NCBI GenBank assembly: GCA_963833095.1
Contig: CAWHWQ010000001.1
Span: 832,001 to 896,000, forward strand
DNA length: 64,000 nt
Origin: Vulcanimicrobiota bacterium
Lineage (GTDB): Bacteria > Vulcanimicrobiota > Vulcanimicrobiia > Vulcanimicrobiales > Vulcanimicrobiaceae
Direction: 5' to 3'
Translations under genes and position numbers: made by a program
The notes under the pieces: model-generated
The model's input: the letters and a program-made list of their open reading frames with translations, nothing else
Database searches by the model: none
Told to the model about the DNA's origin: nothing
Shown: in pieces, positions 11,026 through 20,217 of the stretch
Layout of the letters: each line of letters opens with the position of its first letter
How positions within the stretch are numbered: the first letter of the stretch is position 1

Positions 11026-12559
11026 ATACGACCGCTCGTGCTCGCGGTGCTCGACGGCTGGGGCTGCAGCGACGGCGTACGGCAACGCGATCGCAGCCGC
11101 CAAACTGCCGCACTGGCGACGCCTTCTTCGAACGCTATCCATGGACGACGCTCGAAGCGTCCGGCGAAGCGGTCGGACTGCCCAAAGGCATCATGGGCAA
11201 CAGCGAAGTCGGCCACATGAACATCGGCAGCGGCCGCGTCGTGCCGCAAGGCGTCGTCCGTGATCGACGCCGACATCGCCGCCGGCGCGTTCGCAAGCAA
11301 CGCGACGCTGCGTCGCAATGCATCGAGCACGTCAAGCGCGCGGGCGACGCTGCACCTCATGGGCTTGCTCTCCGACGGGCAAGTGCACAGCTCGATCGAC
11401 GCATCTCTTCGCGCTGATCGACGCGGCGGTCGAAGCGGCCGTGCCGCTCGCCATCCACGCCTTTCTCGACGGCCGCGACGCGCCGCCGCGCTCGGCGCAC
11501 GTCTATATCGAAGCGCTCGAAGGCAAGCTCGACGCTTGGGCGCGCCGGGCTCGATCGCCACGATCTGCGGCCGCTTTTACGCGATGGATCGCGACCAGCG
11601 CTGGGAACGCACCGAGGCCGCCTACGACTCTGCTGGCTGCGCGGCCAAGCCGCGTATCACGAACCGACGCGCTTGCCGGCCTCGACGCCGCGTACGCGCG
11701 CGATGAGAACGACGAGTTCGTCCTGCCGACGATCGTCGGACCCACGCGAACGGTGCGCGACGGCGACGCGTGTATCTTCTTCAACTTCCGCCCCGATCGC
11801 GCGCGAATGACGAGCCTTCGACGCCAGCGCATTCAACGACGTTCAGCATCCTGGCGCAACGGCGATCTTCTGCGACCATGACGCAGTACGAGGAGAAGTT
11901 CCCCAATCCGGTGCTGTTCGGTCCGCGCCCGCAGTACGACACGTTCGGCGAGATCGTCGTCGCGCGCCGGCCTCTCGCAGCTGCGCCTGGCCGAGACCGA
12001 AAAGTACGCGCACGTCACGTACTTCTTCAACGGCGGCCGCGAGGAGGTGTTTCCGGGCGAGGATCGCGAGCTCATCCCCTCCGATCGTTCGGTGGCGACC
12101 TACGATCTCGCGCCGGCGATGCGCGCGCGCGAGATCACCGACATCGCCGTGCACGATATCGAACACCACGAGCACGACGTGATCGTCATGAACTACGCCA
12201 ACGCCGACATGGTCGGGCACACCGGCAAGTGGGAGCCGACGGTCGAAGCGGTCGAGATCCTCGACGGCTGCCTGCAGCGTCTCGCCGACGCCGTGCTCGC
12301 CGCCGGCGGGCTGCTCGCGATCACCGCCGATCACGGCAACGCCGAAGAGAAACTCGATGCGGACGGCAATCCGCTCACCGCGCACACGACCAATCCCGTG
12401 CCGTTCATCCTCATCTCGAGCGACATTCGCGGCGCGCTCGCGTCCGGCGGTAAGCTGGGCGATATTGCACCGACATTACTCGCGTTGGCCGGACTGCCGG
12501 TTCCCGCTGCTATGACTGGAAAGAATTTGTATGATCGATCGCCGATCCCCCAACGATAA
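11022..12559 (+). CDS. gpmI: 2,3-bisphosphoglycerate-independent phosphoglycerate mutase (apparent frameshifts)
   Basis: [51 protein letters not shown]. Confidence 0.93.
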
Positions 12560-13343
12560 ACTTCTCTCGGTCGATGCTTCGCGGATCGAAGAGACCGCCG
12601 GTGGTCCGATCGATCTCGCGATCATATTGGGAAGCGGCCTCTCTTCTGCGTTGCGCGAGGCATTCGCGCACGTCTCGATTCCCTACGATACGTTGCTCGG
12701 GATGCCGGTTGCGACCCTACGCGGTCACGCGGGCGAAGTGCTCGTGGGAACCTGGCAGGGCAAACGCGTCGCGGCATTCGCCGGACGCGTGCATCTCTAT
12801 CAGGGCTTTTCAGCCGTGCAAGTGACGACCAACGTGCGGCTTGCGCATGCTGCGGGCGCGCGCATTATCATCCTCACCAACGCCGCCGGCTCGCTGTCGG
12901 AAAAACTGCAGCCAGGTGACATCATGATGATCAGCGACCACCTCAACCTCACGGGACGCAACCCGCTCGTCGGGTGGCCGCACGACAATCCGTTCGTTGA
13001 CATGGCCGATGCGTATTCGTCGCGATTGCGCGCAATCGTTCATGCCGCCGCGAAGCCCGAACACCGGTTGCGGGAGGGCGTGTACGCGGGGCTGCTGGGA
13101 CCCAATTACGAGACGCCGGCGGAAGCCCACTACTTGCGCACGATCGGCGCCGACGCGGTCGGGATGTCGACCGTGCTCGAGACGATCTTCGCACGTTTCC
13201 TGAGCATGGGCGTGCTGGGCTTTAGCATGATTACCAACATGGTCGCGGCGGTGGGGACCAGTCACGGCGACGTGACCGAGCAAGGCGCCCATACCGGGCC
13301 GCTCCTGGCCGATCTCATCGGCGCCTTTCTCAAGAAGATTTAA
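12531..13343 (+). CDS. punA: Purine-nucleoside phosphorylase (trimeric type)
   Basis: [39 protein letters not shown]. Confidence 0.92.
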   Translation: MIDRRSPNDKLLSVDASRIEETAGGPIDLAIILGSGLSSALREAFAHVSIPYDTLLGMPVATLRGHAGEVLVGTWQGKRVAAFAGRVHLYQGFSAVQVTTNVRLAHAAGARIIILTNAAGSLSEKLQPGDIMMISDHLNLTGRNPLVGWPHDNPFVDMADAYSSRLRAIVHAAAKPEHRLREGVYAGLLGPNYETPAEAHYLRTIGADAVGMSTVLETIFARFLSMGVLGFSMITNMVAAVGTSHGDVTEQGAHTGPLLADLIGAFLKKI

Positions 13344-13390
13344 TCTGGGTCAAGGACCCTATCAGGAAGCCGCGTCATACTCGTGCGTGA

Positions 13391-13465
13391 CGCAGGATGC
13401 GGAAGAAGGTCCGGAGCGCAGGATGCGGGGCCGCCTTTAGGCGGTCGGACCATCGGGAGTGGCAC
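13391..13465 (+). promoter_or_regulatory. Structured 5' leader with two CGCA-GGA-TGCG hairpins (possible CsrA sites)
   Basis: CGCAGGATGCG at 13391 and 13417; enclosing stem ggtccg/cggacc; hairpin gccgcc-ttta-ggcggt. Confidence 0.45.
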
Positions 13466-13585
13466 ATGTTCAAAAATTTGCGAACCGCGTCCGATGAAAT
13501 GATCCTGGCCGAGGCCCTGATCTACTTCGTGTTTATTGGGACGCTGACGCTGGCTGCCACCCTCGCGTCACAATTGATCAAATAG
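13466..13585 (+). CDS. 39-aa single-TM small protein
   Basis: GGGAG RBS; MFKNLRTASDEMILAEALIYFVFIGTLTLAATLASQLIK. Confidence 0.6.
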   Translation: MFKNLRTASDEMILAEALIYFVFIGTLTLAATLASQLIK

Positions 13586-13586
13586 A

Positions 13587-15098
13587 TCACCCACGCCAGC
13601 TAGGCAACCATAAGCGTTGCAGCCACGCGCTTTGCGAAATCGTCATCGACGAGAGGATCGGGAAAAAGTAGATGAACGCGAGCGCCACCAGACCCAGATA
13701 GCCGGCCACGATCCAGCGAGCCGCCTTGGGATCGAAGCTACCCATTTTCTCTAGAATATACTGCATCATCACCGTGTTGCAGATCGCGATCAACGGAATA
13801 TCGACGTAGAAGTGATACAGGAACGCGATGCGCGGCGAGAACATCCACGGCAGCCATTGCAGCAGATACGCCAGTACCACCAAGGCGTAGCCCCGATTGC
13901 GCCGCAGGAACGCGAGCACGCCCACGAGCGGAACCGAAATGAGCCCTGGCCAGAGCAGCAGCGGGTTGGGAAATGAGTAGATCATCGCGGCTGTCGTTGC
14001 GTCCTGATTTCCCGTACCGCCGTACTGCGCGCTGTAGAGCAAGGGGCGCAGATCAAGTGGCCACGTCCACCACGACGATGCGTAGGGATGCGTCGCGCGC
14101 AGGTGATCGTGATATAAGAATGCGTTGACCTGCATCGCAACCACGTCGCTTACCGTATATGGTCGCGGTGGAAGCGTCTGAAGATCGCGCAGGCCAATGA
14201 AGTGTGGAATGTACGCAAGCGCATAAACGATGCCCACGCTGCCGATCACGGTCGCCGCAACCAGATCGATCGGGAAAGGCGAAGCCCGCCGCGCAGTCCA
14301 GGCGCGAATCGCGGCGTAACCGACGACCACGGCCGCGACCCCGTACGCCATCACGCCATACCATTTGCTCGCGACGAGCAACGCAGCCGCAAACGCAAAG
14401 GTCAACAGCCACGCCGCACCAGGCGGACGCTCGCGCCACAGCCGGTACGCAGCATAGAAACAGGTGGAAAAAATGACGAGAAGCACGATGCGTGCCGCCA
14501 ATGTTTCGTGACCGAAGCGCGCCAAGACGATGATGACGCCAAGCGCGAGGCTTGCGATTCCCTCGAGCCCTCGTTCTTTCCAACCACGATGGCCGATGGG
14601 TTGTTCGGGCGCCTCCACCACCGCGTCCCAGTAACGGCAAAACGCGTAGAGCGTCAGCATCGAAAAGCAGACGACGAACGCTTCGGGGGTAGCGATGCGC
14701 GACTGCGCGTAGTGCATCCCGTCGAGACCGAACAGGACGGCGGCGTACGCGCCGAAAAGGGTCGAGCGTGTGATACGCTTGGCTAGGTAGAAGCAGATCA
14801 CGACGGCGAGTGCGCCGGCAACGACGTTCAAGAAACGCCAGCCGTACGACGTGTCGCCGTTCGGCAATCCGCCGAACATGATGACCGAGAGCGTGATCAA
14901 CAGTTTGGTCACCGGCGGGTGCGTGTTCTCGTAAATGTAACGCCGTTGGAGATACTCCTCAGCGGCCCGCGCGAAGTAGACTTCGTCGAAAATCTTCCCG
15001 GGCGGCACCCAATAGCGAATGAAGAGCAGGATGAACGAGGCGATGCCGAGTGCCGCAGCGACCGCAGCATCACGGAGGCGTTGAGCGCGCGCGATCAC
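13587..15098 (-). CDS. Protein O-mannosyltransferase-like (GT39/PMT) membrane glycosyltransferase
   Basis: IFDEVYF, ENTHPP, GWRF, SKW, HPYAS.WW.WPL, FLYHF; multi-TM. Confidence 0.85.
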   Translation of the reverse strand: MIARAQRLRDAAVAAALGIASFILLFIRYWVPPGKIFDEVYFARAAEEYLQRRYIYENTHPPVTKLLITLSVIMFGGLPNGDTSYGWRFLNVVAGALAVVICFYLAKRITRSTLFGAYAAVLFGLDGMHYAQSRIATPEAFVVCFSMLTLYAFCRYWDAVVEAPEQPIGHRGWKERGLEGIASLALGVIIVLARFGHETLAARIVLLVIFSTCFYAAYRLWRERPPGAAWLLTFAFAAALLVASKWYGVMAYGVAAVVVGYAAIRAWTARRASPFPIDLVAATVIGSVGIVYALAYIPHFIGLRDLQTLPPRPYTVSDVVAMQVNAFLYHDHLRATHPYASSWWTWPLDLRPLLYSAQYGGTGNQDATTAAMIYSFPNPLLLWPGLISVPLVGVLAFLRRNRGYALVVLAYLLQWLPWMFSPRIAFLYHFYVDIPLIAICNTVMMQYILEKMGSFDPKAARWIVAGYLGLVALAFIYFFPILSSMTISQSAWLQRLWLPSWRG

Positions 15099-15349
15099 GT
15101 GGCGAGCGGTACGGGGGCAGGGGCGGGTATCGCGGCGATGCTCGCAGGCGGGGCCGTGACCGTCCCGTATCCGCCGGCAACGATCGCGAGCGTTGCGACG
15201 AAGGCAGCCGCCGCCAGCATCGATCGCGCGCGCCGCCGCTCGCGACCACGCGCTTGCGCGACCGCTCGTGCTCGCACGCCTTGCGCAGCAAAGGGCGGAA
15301 TCGTAACGTCGAGCGCGCCACGCAGGGCGGCGCGCAGGTCAACCGGCAT
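15095..15349 (-). CDS. Putative single-TM anti-sigma factor (84 aa)
   Basis: Overlaps the ECF sigma stop; Arg cluster (RRRAR), one TM helix, short Pro/Ala tail. Confidence 0.6.
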   Translation of the reverse strand: MPVDLRAALRGALDVTIPPFAAQGVRARAVAQARGRERRRARSMLAAAAFVATLAIVAGGYGTVTAPPASIAAIPAPAPVPLAT

Positions 15350-15911
15350 CGAAGAGAACCTCGGCAAGGGGAGAGGAGGAGCGATGCGTCGAGAGCAGCG
15401 CTTCCAGGCGCCGACGCGCGAGGGCAAGATGATAGCGAACCGTGCCGTCGGGCATCCCGACGATCGCGGCAATTTCCCGGCTATTCAAATCTCCGTAGTA
15501 ATGCAGCGCGATGAGCGCGCGTTGAGCCGGCGGCAACTTCCCAAGGGCGCGCAACACGTCAACGCGGATCAGTACGTCGGTCAGCGGTGAGGCTGAGGCG
15601 AGCATTCGAGAATCGAGCGAATCGTGAACGCGCGTCCGTCGCTCGATAGCAAGCGCTTCGCGCACTACCAACCGGTAGAACCACACACCGAAAGCTGCGG
15701 GCGAACGCAGACCCGCAATCGCGCGCACCATGCGCGCGCAGGCTTCTTGCGCCGCGTCTTCAGCGGCCATGGGATGCCGCAAGATCGACAACGCGATGCG
15801 GTACGCGTGCGGCCAGGTTGCCGACAGCAGCGCGTCGACCGCAGCCTCGTCGCCCGATCGCGCAGCATTGATTGCCTCCGCGTGCTGATCCCACTGTTGC
15901 ATGCTGGCCAT
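15339..15911 (-). CDS. ECF RNA polymerase sigma-70 factor
   Basis: AEDAAQE, FGVWFYRL (region 2); LP..QR..L....DL..REIA...G...GTV (region 4). Confidence 0.92.
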   Translation of the reverse strand: MASMQQWDQHAEAINAARSGDEAAVDALLSATWPHAYRIALSILRHPMAAEDAAQEACARMVRAIAGLRSPAAFGVWFYRLVVREALAIERRTRVHDSLDSRMLASASPLTDVLIRVDVLRALGKLPPAQRALIALHYYGDLNSREIAAIVGMPDGTVRYHLALARRRLEALLSTHRSSSPLAEVLFDAG

Positions 15912-15950
15912 CTCTTCATACTAGAGGCGCCAACTCCCCCAAAGTGTTGG

Positions 15951-16259
15951 CTACTCGGCGCGATAGCTGCCGCTGGGATCGATCGAGACGCGGCTTGTGC
16001 CGATGAAGGCGCTGCGAACGCGGTGGTCCCAAAAGGTGAGAATCTTCACGACGACGGGCCGCAGGCGCGCAATGATCTCGCGCGCGCGCTGTGAGACGGT
16101 GACCGCGTCGCGCGCCCACTTGGGATGATCTCGCGGGAGCAGCGTCGACTCGGCGTCGCTCTCGTCAACCGGCGTAACCGCCTGCTCGGGCGCTGCGGCG
16201 CCCGCGTACGACTGGGGCGCCTGCGCGCGGCCCTCGTCGCCGTCAAGGCGCCGTAGCAT
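15951..16259 (-). CDS. Hypothetical protein downstream of fliA (weak FlgM-like motif)
   Basis: ATG overlaps the fliA end; DAVTVSQRARE motif. Confidence 0.5.
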   Translation of the reverse strand: MLRRLDGDEGRAQAPQSYAGAAAPEQAVTPVDESDAESTLLPRDHPKWARDAVTVSQRAREIIARLRPVVVKILTFWDHRVRSAFIGTSRVSIDPSGSYRAE

Positions 16260-16914
16260 GCAGACTCCGGCGGAGTTTTTTCATGGCAGCGATATGCAAC
16301 TGCGAGGCTCGCTGGGGCGAAATGCGCAGGCGCCGCCCCACCTGACGCAGGGACCATTCACCGTAGTAATGATCGCGAATCACTTGGCGCTGGCGCGGCG
16401 GAAGCGCGTCGACGGCGCAAGCGATCGTTTCGCGGTCGCAACGCTCTTCGAGGAGGAGGGCGGGATCGTTGCTCCAGTCACTGCAGATGCGCTCGCCCTC
16501 GGGAAGCGGACGATCAAGCGAGAGCGGCACGCCCTGCGCGACGGCAAGTGTTGCACGAAGAAATCCGGGGCGCCGCTGCTCCATCTCCGTAAGTGTCGGC
16601 ACGCTACCGCGCTCCCCGGCAATCGCAAAGCGTTCGATCTCGCCGTCGCGCATCGCGCGGCGCGTTCGCTCGGCGACGGGATCCATGCGCCGAATCCCGT
16701 TGAGCATCGCGCCCGAAATCAGGTGGCGCGCATAGTGCTCCAGCGATGTCCCGCGCGCGGGATCGTAGTTGTCGACCGCGCGGATCAATCCGATGCTTCC
16801 GTCGCCGACGAGATCGTCGTAGTCGCACGGCACCAGGCGGCTAATCCGCCGGGCGATTCGCTTGACCAGCGGCAGCAGCGCGCGTATTTGCGCCTCGCGC
16901 TCGAGTTCACTCAT
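16243..16914 (-). CDS. fliA: FliA/WhiG family sigma-28 factor
   Basis: LPLVKRIA, DDLVGDGSIGLIRAVDNYDP.RG, GAMLNGIRRMD, ISPQRASQLH; adjacent to flg genes. Confidence 0.82.
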   Translation of the reverse strand: MSELEREAQIRALLPLVKRIARRISRLVPCDYDDLVGDGSIGLIRAVDNYDPARGTSLEHYARHLISGAMLNGIRRMDPVAERTRRAMRDGEIERFAIAGERGSVPTLTEMEQRRPGFLRATLAVAQGVPLSLDRPLPEGERICSDWSNDPALLLEERCDRETIACAVDALPPRQRQVIRDHYYGEWSLRQVGRRLRISPQRASQLHIAAMKKLRRSLHATAP

Positions 16915-17101
16915 GACCTTCCAGCCGCGCAGCGATCAACGATCCGAAACCGTGGGCGTCGCGTTGTGCGATCGATTGCGCCAGCGCGCCGACGCCGTAG
17001 TCGCCAAGGGCATCGAAGCCCGCCGCGAGCGGCTTGAGCGTCGTCGCCAAAAAGAGCGCTTCCAGCGTCATGCCGACGCGCTGCGCGGAGAGACTATCCA
17101 C
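16907..17101 (-). CDS. Stand-alone FlgJ rod-binding-domain-like small protein
   Basis: LEALFLATTLKPL...LAQSIAQ...GFGSLIAARL resembles the FlgJ N-terminal pattern; coupled between flgG and fliA. Confidence 0.5.
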   Translation of the reverse strand: MDSLSAQRVGMTLEALFLATTLKPLAAGFDALGDYGVGALAQSIAQRDAHGFGSLIAARLEGHE

Positions 17102-17819
17102 GTTGCAAGTTGTTGGCGATGCGCAGCATTTCATCGGCCGCCTGTATGCCTTTGGCATTGGCCTCGTAGGCTCGCTGCGCGGTGAGAATCTGCATCATCG
17201 ACTCGACGATCGAGACGTTGGATTGTTCGAGCATACCAAAGCGCAGCTTGGGGCCGTTCTCGTTGCCGGGCGTGATCCAGCGCGGCGACCCCGACTGGCG
17301 CGTCTGCGTGAACAGCGCACCGTCAGCGCTCTGCAGCTTCTCGGGTGCCGGAAACTGCGCGAGCTGCAGGTGCGCGACGGTTTTCACTCCGTCTACGGCG
17401 GTAATCGTCACCGCGCCGTCTTCCCTAACGCTTGCCGAAAGCGCGTCCGCGGGAATATGTACGCCGGCAAGCTGCCATCCTTGCGCGTTGCGCAATGTGC
17501 CGTCGGCGGCGCGCGCGAACTCGCCCGCGCGCGTATAGGCGCGACGCGAGCCGTCGGTCACGAGGAAAAACCCCTCGCCGTCGATCGCGACGTCAAACGG
17601 TCCATTGCTGCGCTCGAGCTTTCCGGCTTTGAAGAGCGGATGCTCGCCGCTACGCACGGTCCCCGCGCCCGATTCTCCCGGTGCGGCAAGCGCGGTGAAT
17701 TCGTCCTGCGAGCCCTTGAAGCCGACGACGTCGGCGTTGGCGAGATTGTTGGCAATCGTGTCGAGGTTCTGCTGCTGGGCCGCCATGCCGGTCGCGGCGG
17801 CGAAAAGCGCGCGGTCCAT
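17094..17819 (-). CDS. flgG: Flagellar basal-body rod protein FlgG
   Basis: ALFAAATGMAAQQQNLDTIANNLAN, DVAIDGEGFF, YTRAGEF, LEQSNV, QRAYEAN. Confidence 0.9.
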   Translation of the reverse strand: MDRALFAAATGMAAQQQNLDTIANNLANADVVGFKGSQDEFTALAAPGESGAGTVRSGEHPLFKAGKLERSNGPFDVAIDGEGFFLVTDGSRRAYTRAGEFARAADGTLRNAQGWQLAGVHIPADALSASVREDGAVTITAVDGVKTVAHLQLAQFPAPEKLQSADGALFTQTRQSGSPRWITPGNENGPKLRFGMLEQSNVSIVESMMQILTAQRAYEANAKGIQAADEMLRIANNLQRG

Positions 17820-18422
17820 CTACTTGATCCTCGCCACGTCGTTGCTGCTTTTTTGGCGCACGCCGTCGATAGCGGCCACGACCTTCTGCGCGCTCTCGAA
17901 CGAGCGCTGGGAGGTGAGCACGCCGATCATCTCTCCGATAGCGTCGACGTTGGCGGTCTCGATGAAGCCGCCGCGCAGCGTGGCATCTCGTCCAACGACG
18001 ATACGATCGATCAGCTTACCCGCGAGCAACACGCGCCCGCGCTCATCGATCGTTGCCCCAAGCGGGACGCGAAGCGGCCCGCGCAATCCAAGCAGCGCGC
18101 GCCCTTGCTCGTCGCGCAGCGCGCCGAACCGATCGCGCTCGAATGCTCCATTGCGCGTGGCGCTTACCGCGCCGCCGGGATATTGCACGCGGAACGCGCC
18201 TGGGCCAACGATTGCAAAATCGAAAGGCCGGCCGGTGTGCCGGTACGCGCCGTGACCCGGTGCGCTCGCCCGCGTAATCTCGACGCCGCGGTCGGTCAGG
18301 CGTCCCCGCGCCACGGCAGCATGAAAGCCGTCGCTCGAGACGTTGGCCAAATTTTCGGTTGCAATATCGAGTCTGCTCCGCGCCGCAACCATGGCGCTCG
18401 ACGCCCACGCGATTCCATCCAT
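17820..18422 (-). CDS. flgF: Short flagellar rod protein, FlgF-like
   Basis: LDIATENLANVS..GF, TGRPFDFAI.G.G.F, TRNGAF, IETANVD...EM...QRSFE. Confidence 0.78.
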   Translation of the reverse strand: MDGIAWASSAMVAARSRLDIATENLANVSSDGFHAAVARGRLTDRGVEITRASAPGHGAYRHTGRPFDFAIVGPGAFRVQYPGGAVSATRNGAFERDRFGALRDEQGRALLGLRGPLRVPLGATIDERGRVLLAGKLIDRIVVGRDATLRGGFIETANVDAIGEMIGVLTSQRSFESAQKVVAAIDGVRQKSSNDVARIK

Positions 18423-18466
18423 GCGCGCATGGTAGACGGCGTCTATGGCCGAATCGTGAACGCCAT

Positions 18467-18832
18467 ATGGCAAACCTATGGTTGCGCGCAGGCCTCGGGT
18501 TGACACTTCTGCTCGGCGCGGCGTGCGCGCCGCATCCGACCGCGCAAGAGCAAATCGACGCGACGGAAACGACGGCGCTCGCGCCCCTCAAAGCTAAGTA
18601 TCCCGACATCGTCGTAGCGTTCGACCCCAAAGGGACGCGCCTGGATATTTCGATCGATGCGAACGGCTACATATCGATCAGTGACGACGACGTCGAGCGG
18701 TTCAAGGCCGGCGCGTCACGCGACTGGCTCGCAGCTTGGACCCTGGCGCATCCGCATCAGCATGCGCAGCTCACCGTGCGACTGGTGGATTTCATGGGAC
18801 GCGTCTGGGTGACCGAGCACACGAAGGCTTGA
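18467..18832 (+). CDS. Hypothetical lipoprotein
   Basis: Signal peptide with lipobox GAAC. Confidence 0.7.
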   Translation: MANLWLRAGLGLTLLLGAACAPHPTAQEQIDATETTALAPLKAKYPDIVVAFDPKGTRLDISIDANGYISISDDDVERFKAGASRDWLAAWTLAHPHQHAQLTVRLVDFMGRVWVTEHTKA

Positions 18833-18891
18833 GGCTTCTTAATATGGGCGTTCGGCCCCCAGGGGGTTCGACGTGCTATCATCGACCCAGA

Positions 18892-19221
18892 ATGAAAACA
18901 CTTTTCTTCGCGCTATCGGCGGCGGTCGTGCTTCTCCTAACGACTGTACCTTCGACGGCGCTTGCGGAAAACGATATCACCATTACGAATCGAAGTTCAC
19001 GGGTGATCCAGTTCATCTACATATCGCCCTCGGGTGAAAAGAACTGGGGCGAGGACTGGCTCGCTGCAGCAAAGTACGGTGTTATCGTGCCGGGCGATCA
19101 TGCCATGTTCAGAATCGATCAGGGTTGCATGGAGGACATCAAGGTCACGTTTACGGACTTCAGTTCGAAGGTGTGGTATAACTTAGACACGTGTAAAAAC
19201 GATATTGCGGTAACTGACTAA
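18892..19221 (+). CDS. Small secreted beta-rich protein
   Basis: Sec signal ending ALA; ITITN.S...I..IYISP....WGEDWL; two Cys. Confidence 0.75.
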   Translation: MKTLFFALSAAVVLLLTTVPSTALAENDITITNRSSRVIQFIYISPSGEKNWGEDWLAAAKYGVIVPGDHAMFRIDQGCMEDIKVTFTDFSSKVWYNLDTCKNDIAVTD

Positions 19222-19226
19222 AGGTC

Positions 19227-20216
19227 TTAAAAGAGCGCCACACAGCCCGAGGAGACGAGACCGCCGCCGAAGCCCATGATCAGCACCCGATCCCCGGGCT
19301 TCACGCGGCCATCGCGCAGCGCCGGAATCAGCGCCAGCGGAATACTCACCGCCGAGGTGTTCCCGAACTCGGTGACCGAGAGCAGCGTTCTCTCGATCGG
19401 AAAACCGATACGCTTGCACAACGCTTCGATCATGCGCTCGTTCGCGCTGTGCGGCACAAACCAATCGATGTCGTCGAGCGTCAAACCCGAGCGTTTGAGT
19501 ATCCGCTCGATGTCGCCCGGAATGTTTTCCAGCACCCAGCGGTAGACTTCGCGGCCATTTTGCCGCAGTTGCTGCGATTCGTCGACTTTACCATTGATCT
19601 CGCGCCGCACGCCGGTTCGATAGAGAAACCGGCCGCCGGTTCCATCCGAGCCGTGGCTCATGCCGAAAATCTGCGGTTGGTCGCTTCGCTCGATCAGCGC
19701 CACTCCGGCGCCGTCGCCGAAGAGCACCGCCGTCGAGCGATCGCCGTAATCGACACTGCGCGTGAGCGCTTCGGCGGCAATGGCCAGCACGCGATCGCAC
19801 TCGCCGCTAGCAATCAGTCCGCACGCGAGATTGATTCCGTAGGCAAAGCCCGCGCAGGCGGTTGCAATGTCGAGTGCGCCAACCGTCTTGGGCAGATCGT
19901 AGTGCGCCTGCAGCATTGCCGAGAGGCTGGGGTAGGCATAATCCGGTGTGGTCGAGGCCACGATCAAGTAGTCGACGTCGCGCAGCACAACCTGCGGATG
20001 ATGCGCGAGCAGATCGTCGATCGCGCCGACCGCGAGGTGACTCGAATATTCGCCCTCGCTCACCACGTGACGCACACGAATGCCGGTGCGCTGGACGATC
20101 CACTCGTCGGTCGTCTCGAACATCTTCTCGAAATCTGCGTTCGTAAGAACGCGCTGCGGCACGTACATGCCGGTTGCGCCGATGCGCGCGGGCGCGCTGA
20201 CGAAGTGGTCGCGCAA
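19227..20216 (-). CDS. fabH: Beta-ketoacyl-ACP synthase III
   Basis: EWIVQRTGI, ACAGF, LFGDGAG, PHSAN, GNTS, FGGG. Confidence 0.93.
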   Translation of the reverse strand: MRDHFVSAPARIGATGMYVPQRVLTNADFEKMFETTDEWIVQRTGIRVRHVVSEGEYSSHLAVGAIDDLLAHHPQVVLRDVDYLIVASTTPDYAYPSLSAMLQAHYDLPKTVGALDIATACAGFAYGINLACGLIASGECDRVLAIAAEALTRSVDYGDRSTAVLFGDGAGVALIERSDQPQIFGMSHGSDGTGGRFLYRTGVRREINGKVDESQQLRQNGREVYRWVLENIPGDIERILKRSGLTLDDIDWFVPHSANERMIEALCKRIGFPIERTLLSVTEFGNTSAVSIPLALIPALRDGRVKPGDRVLIMGFGGGLVSSGCVALF

Positions 20217-20217
20217 C

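Noticed and set aside
7124..12050. Many frameshifts in whiA, gap, pgk, tpiA and gpmI, suggesting pseudogenised glycolysis or programmed frameshifting
   Set aside because: Catalytic motifs and codon bias are intact, the lesions are single-base indels, and they cluster by position rather than by gene. This is typical of a low-coverage long-read consensus; read mapping would confirm.
17034..18503. 489-aa plus-strand ORF, and similar long ORFs at 10041-11561, 21474-22763 and 45326-46291
   Set aside because: Antisense shadows of real genes in GC-rich DNA, with no recognisable motifs
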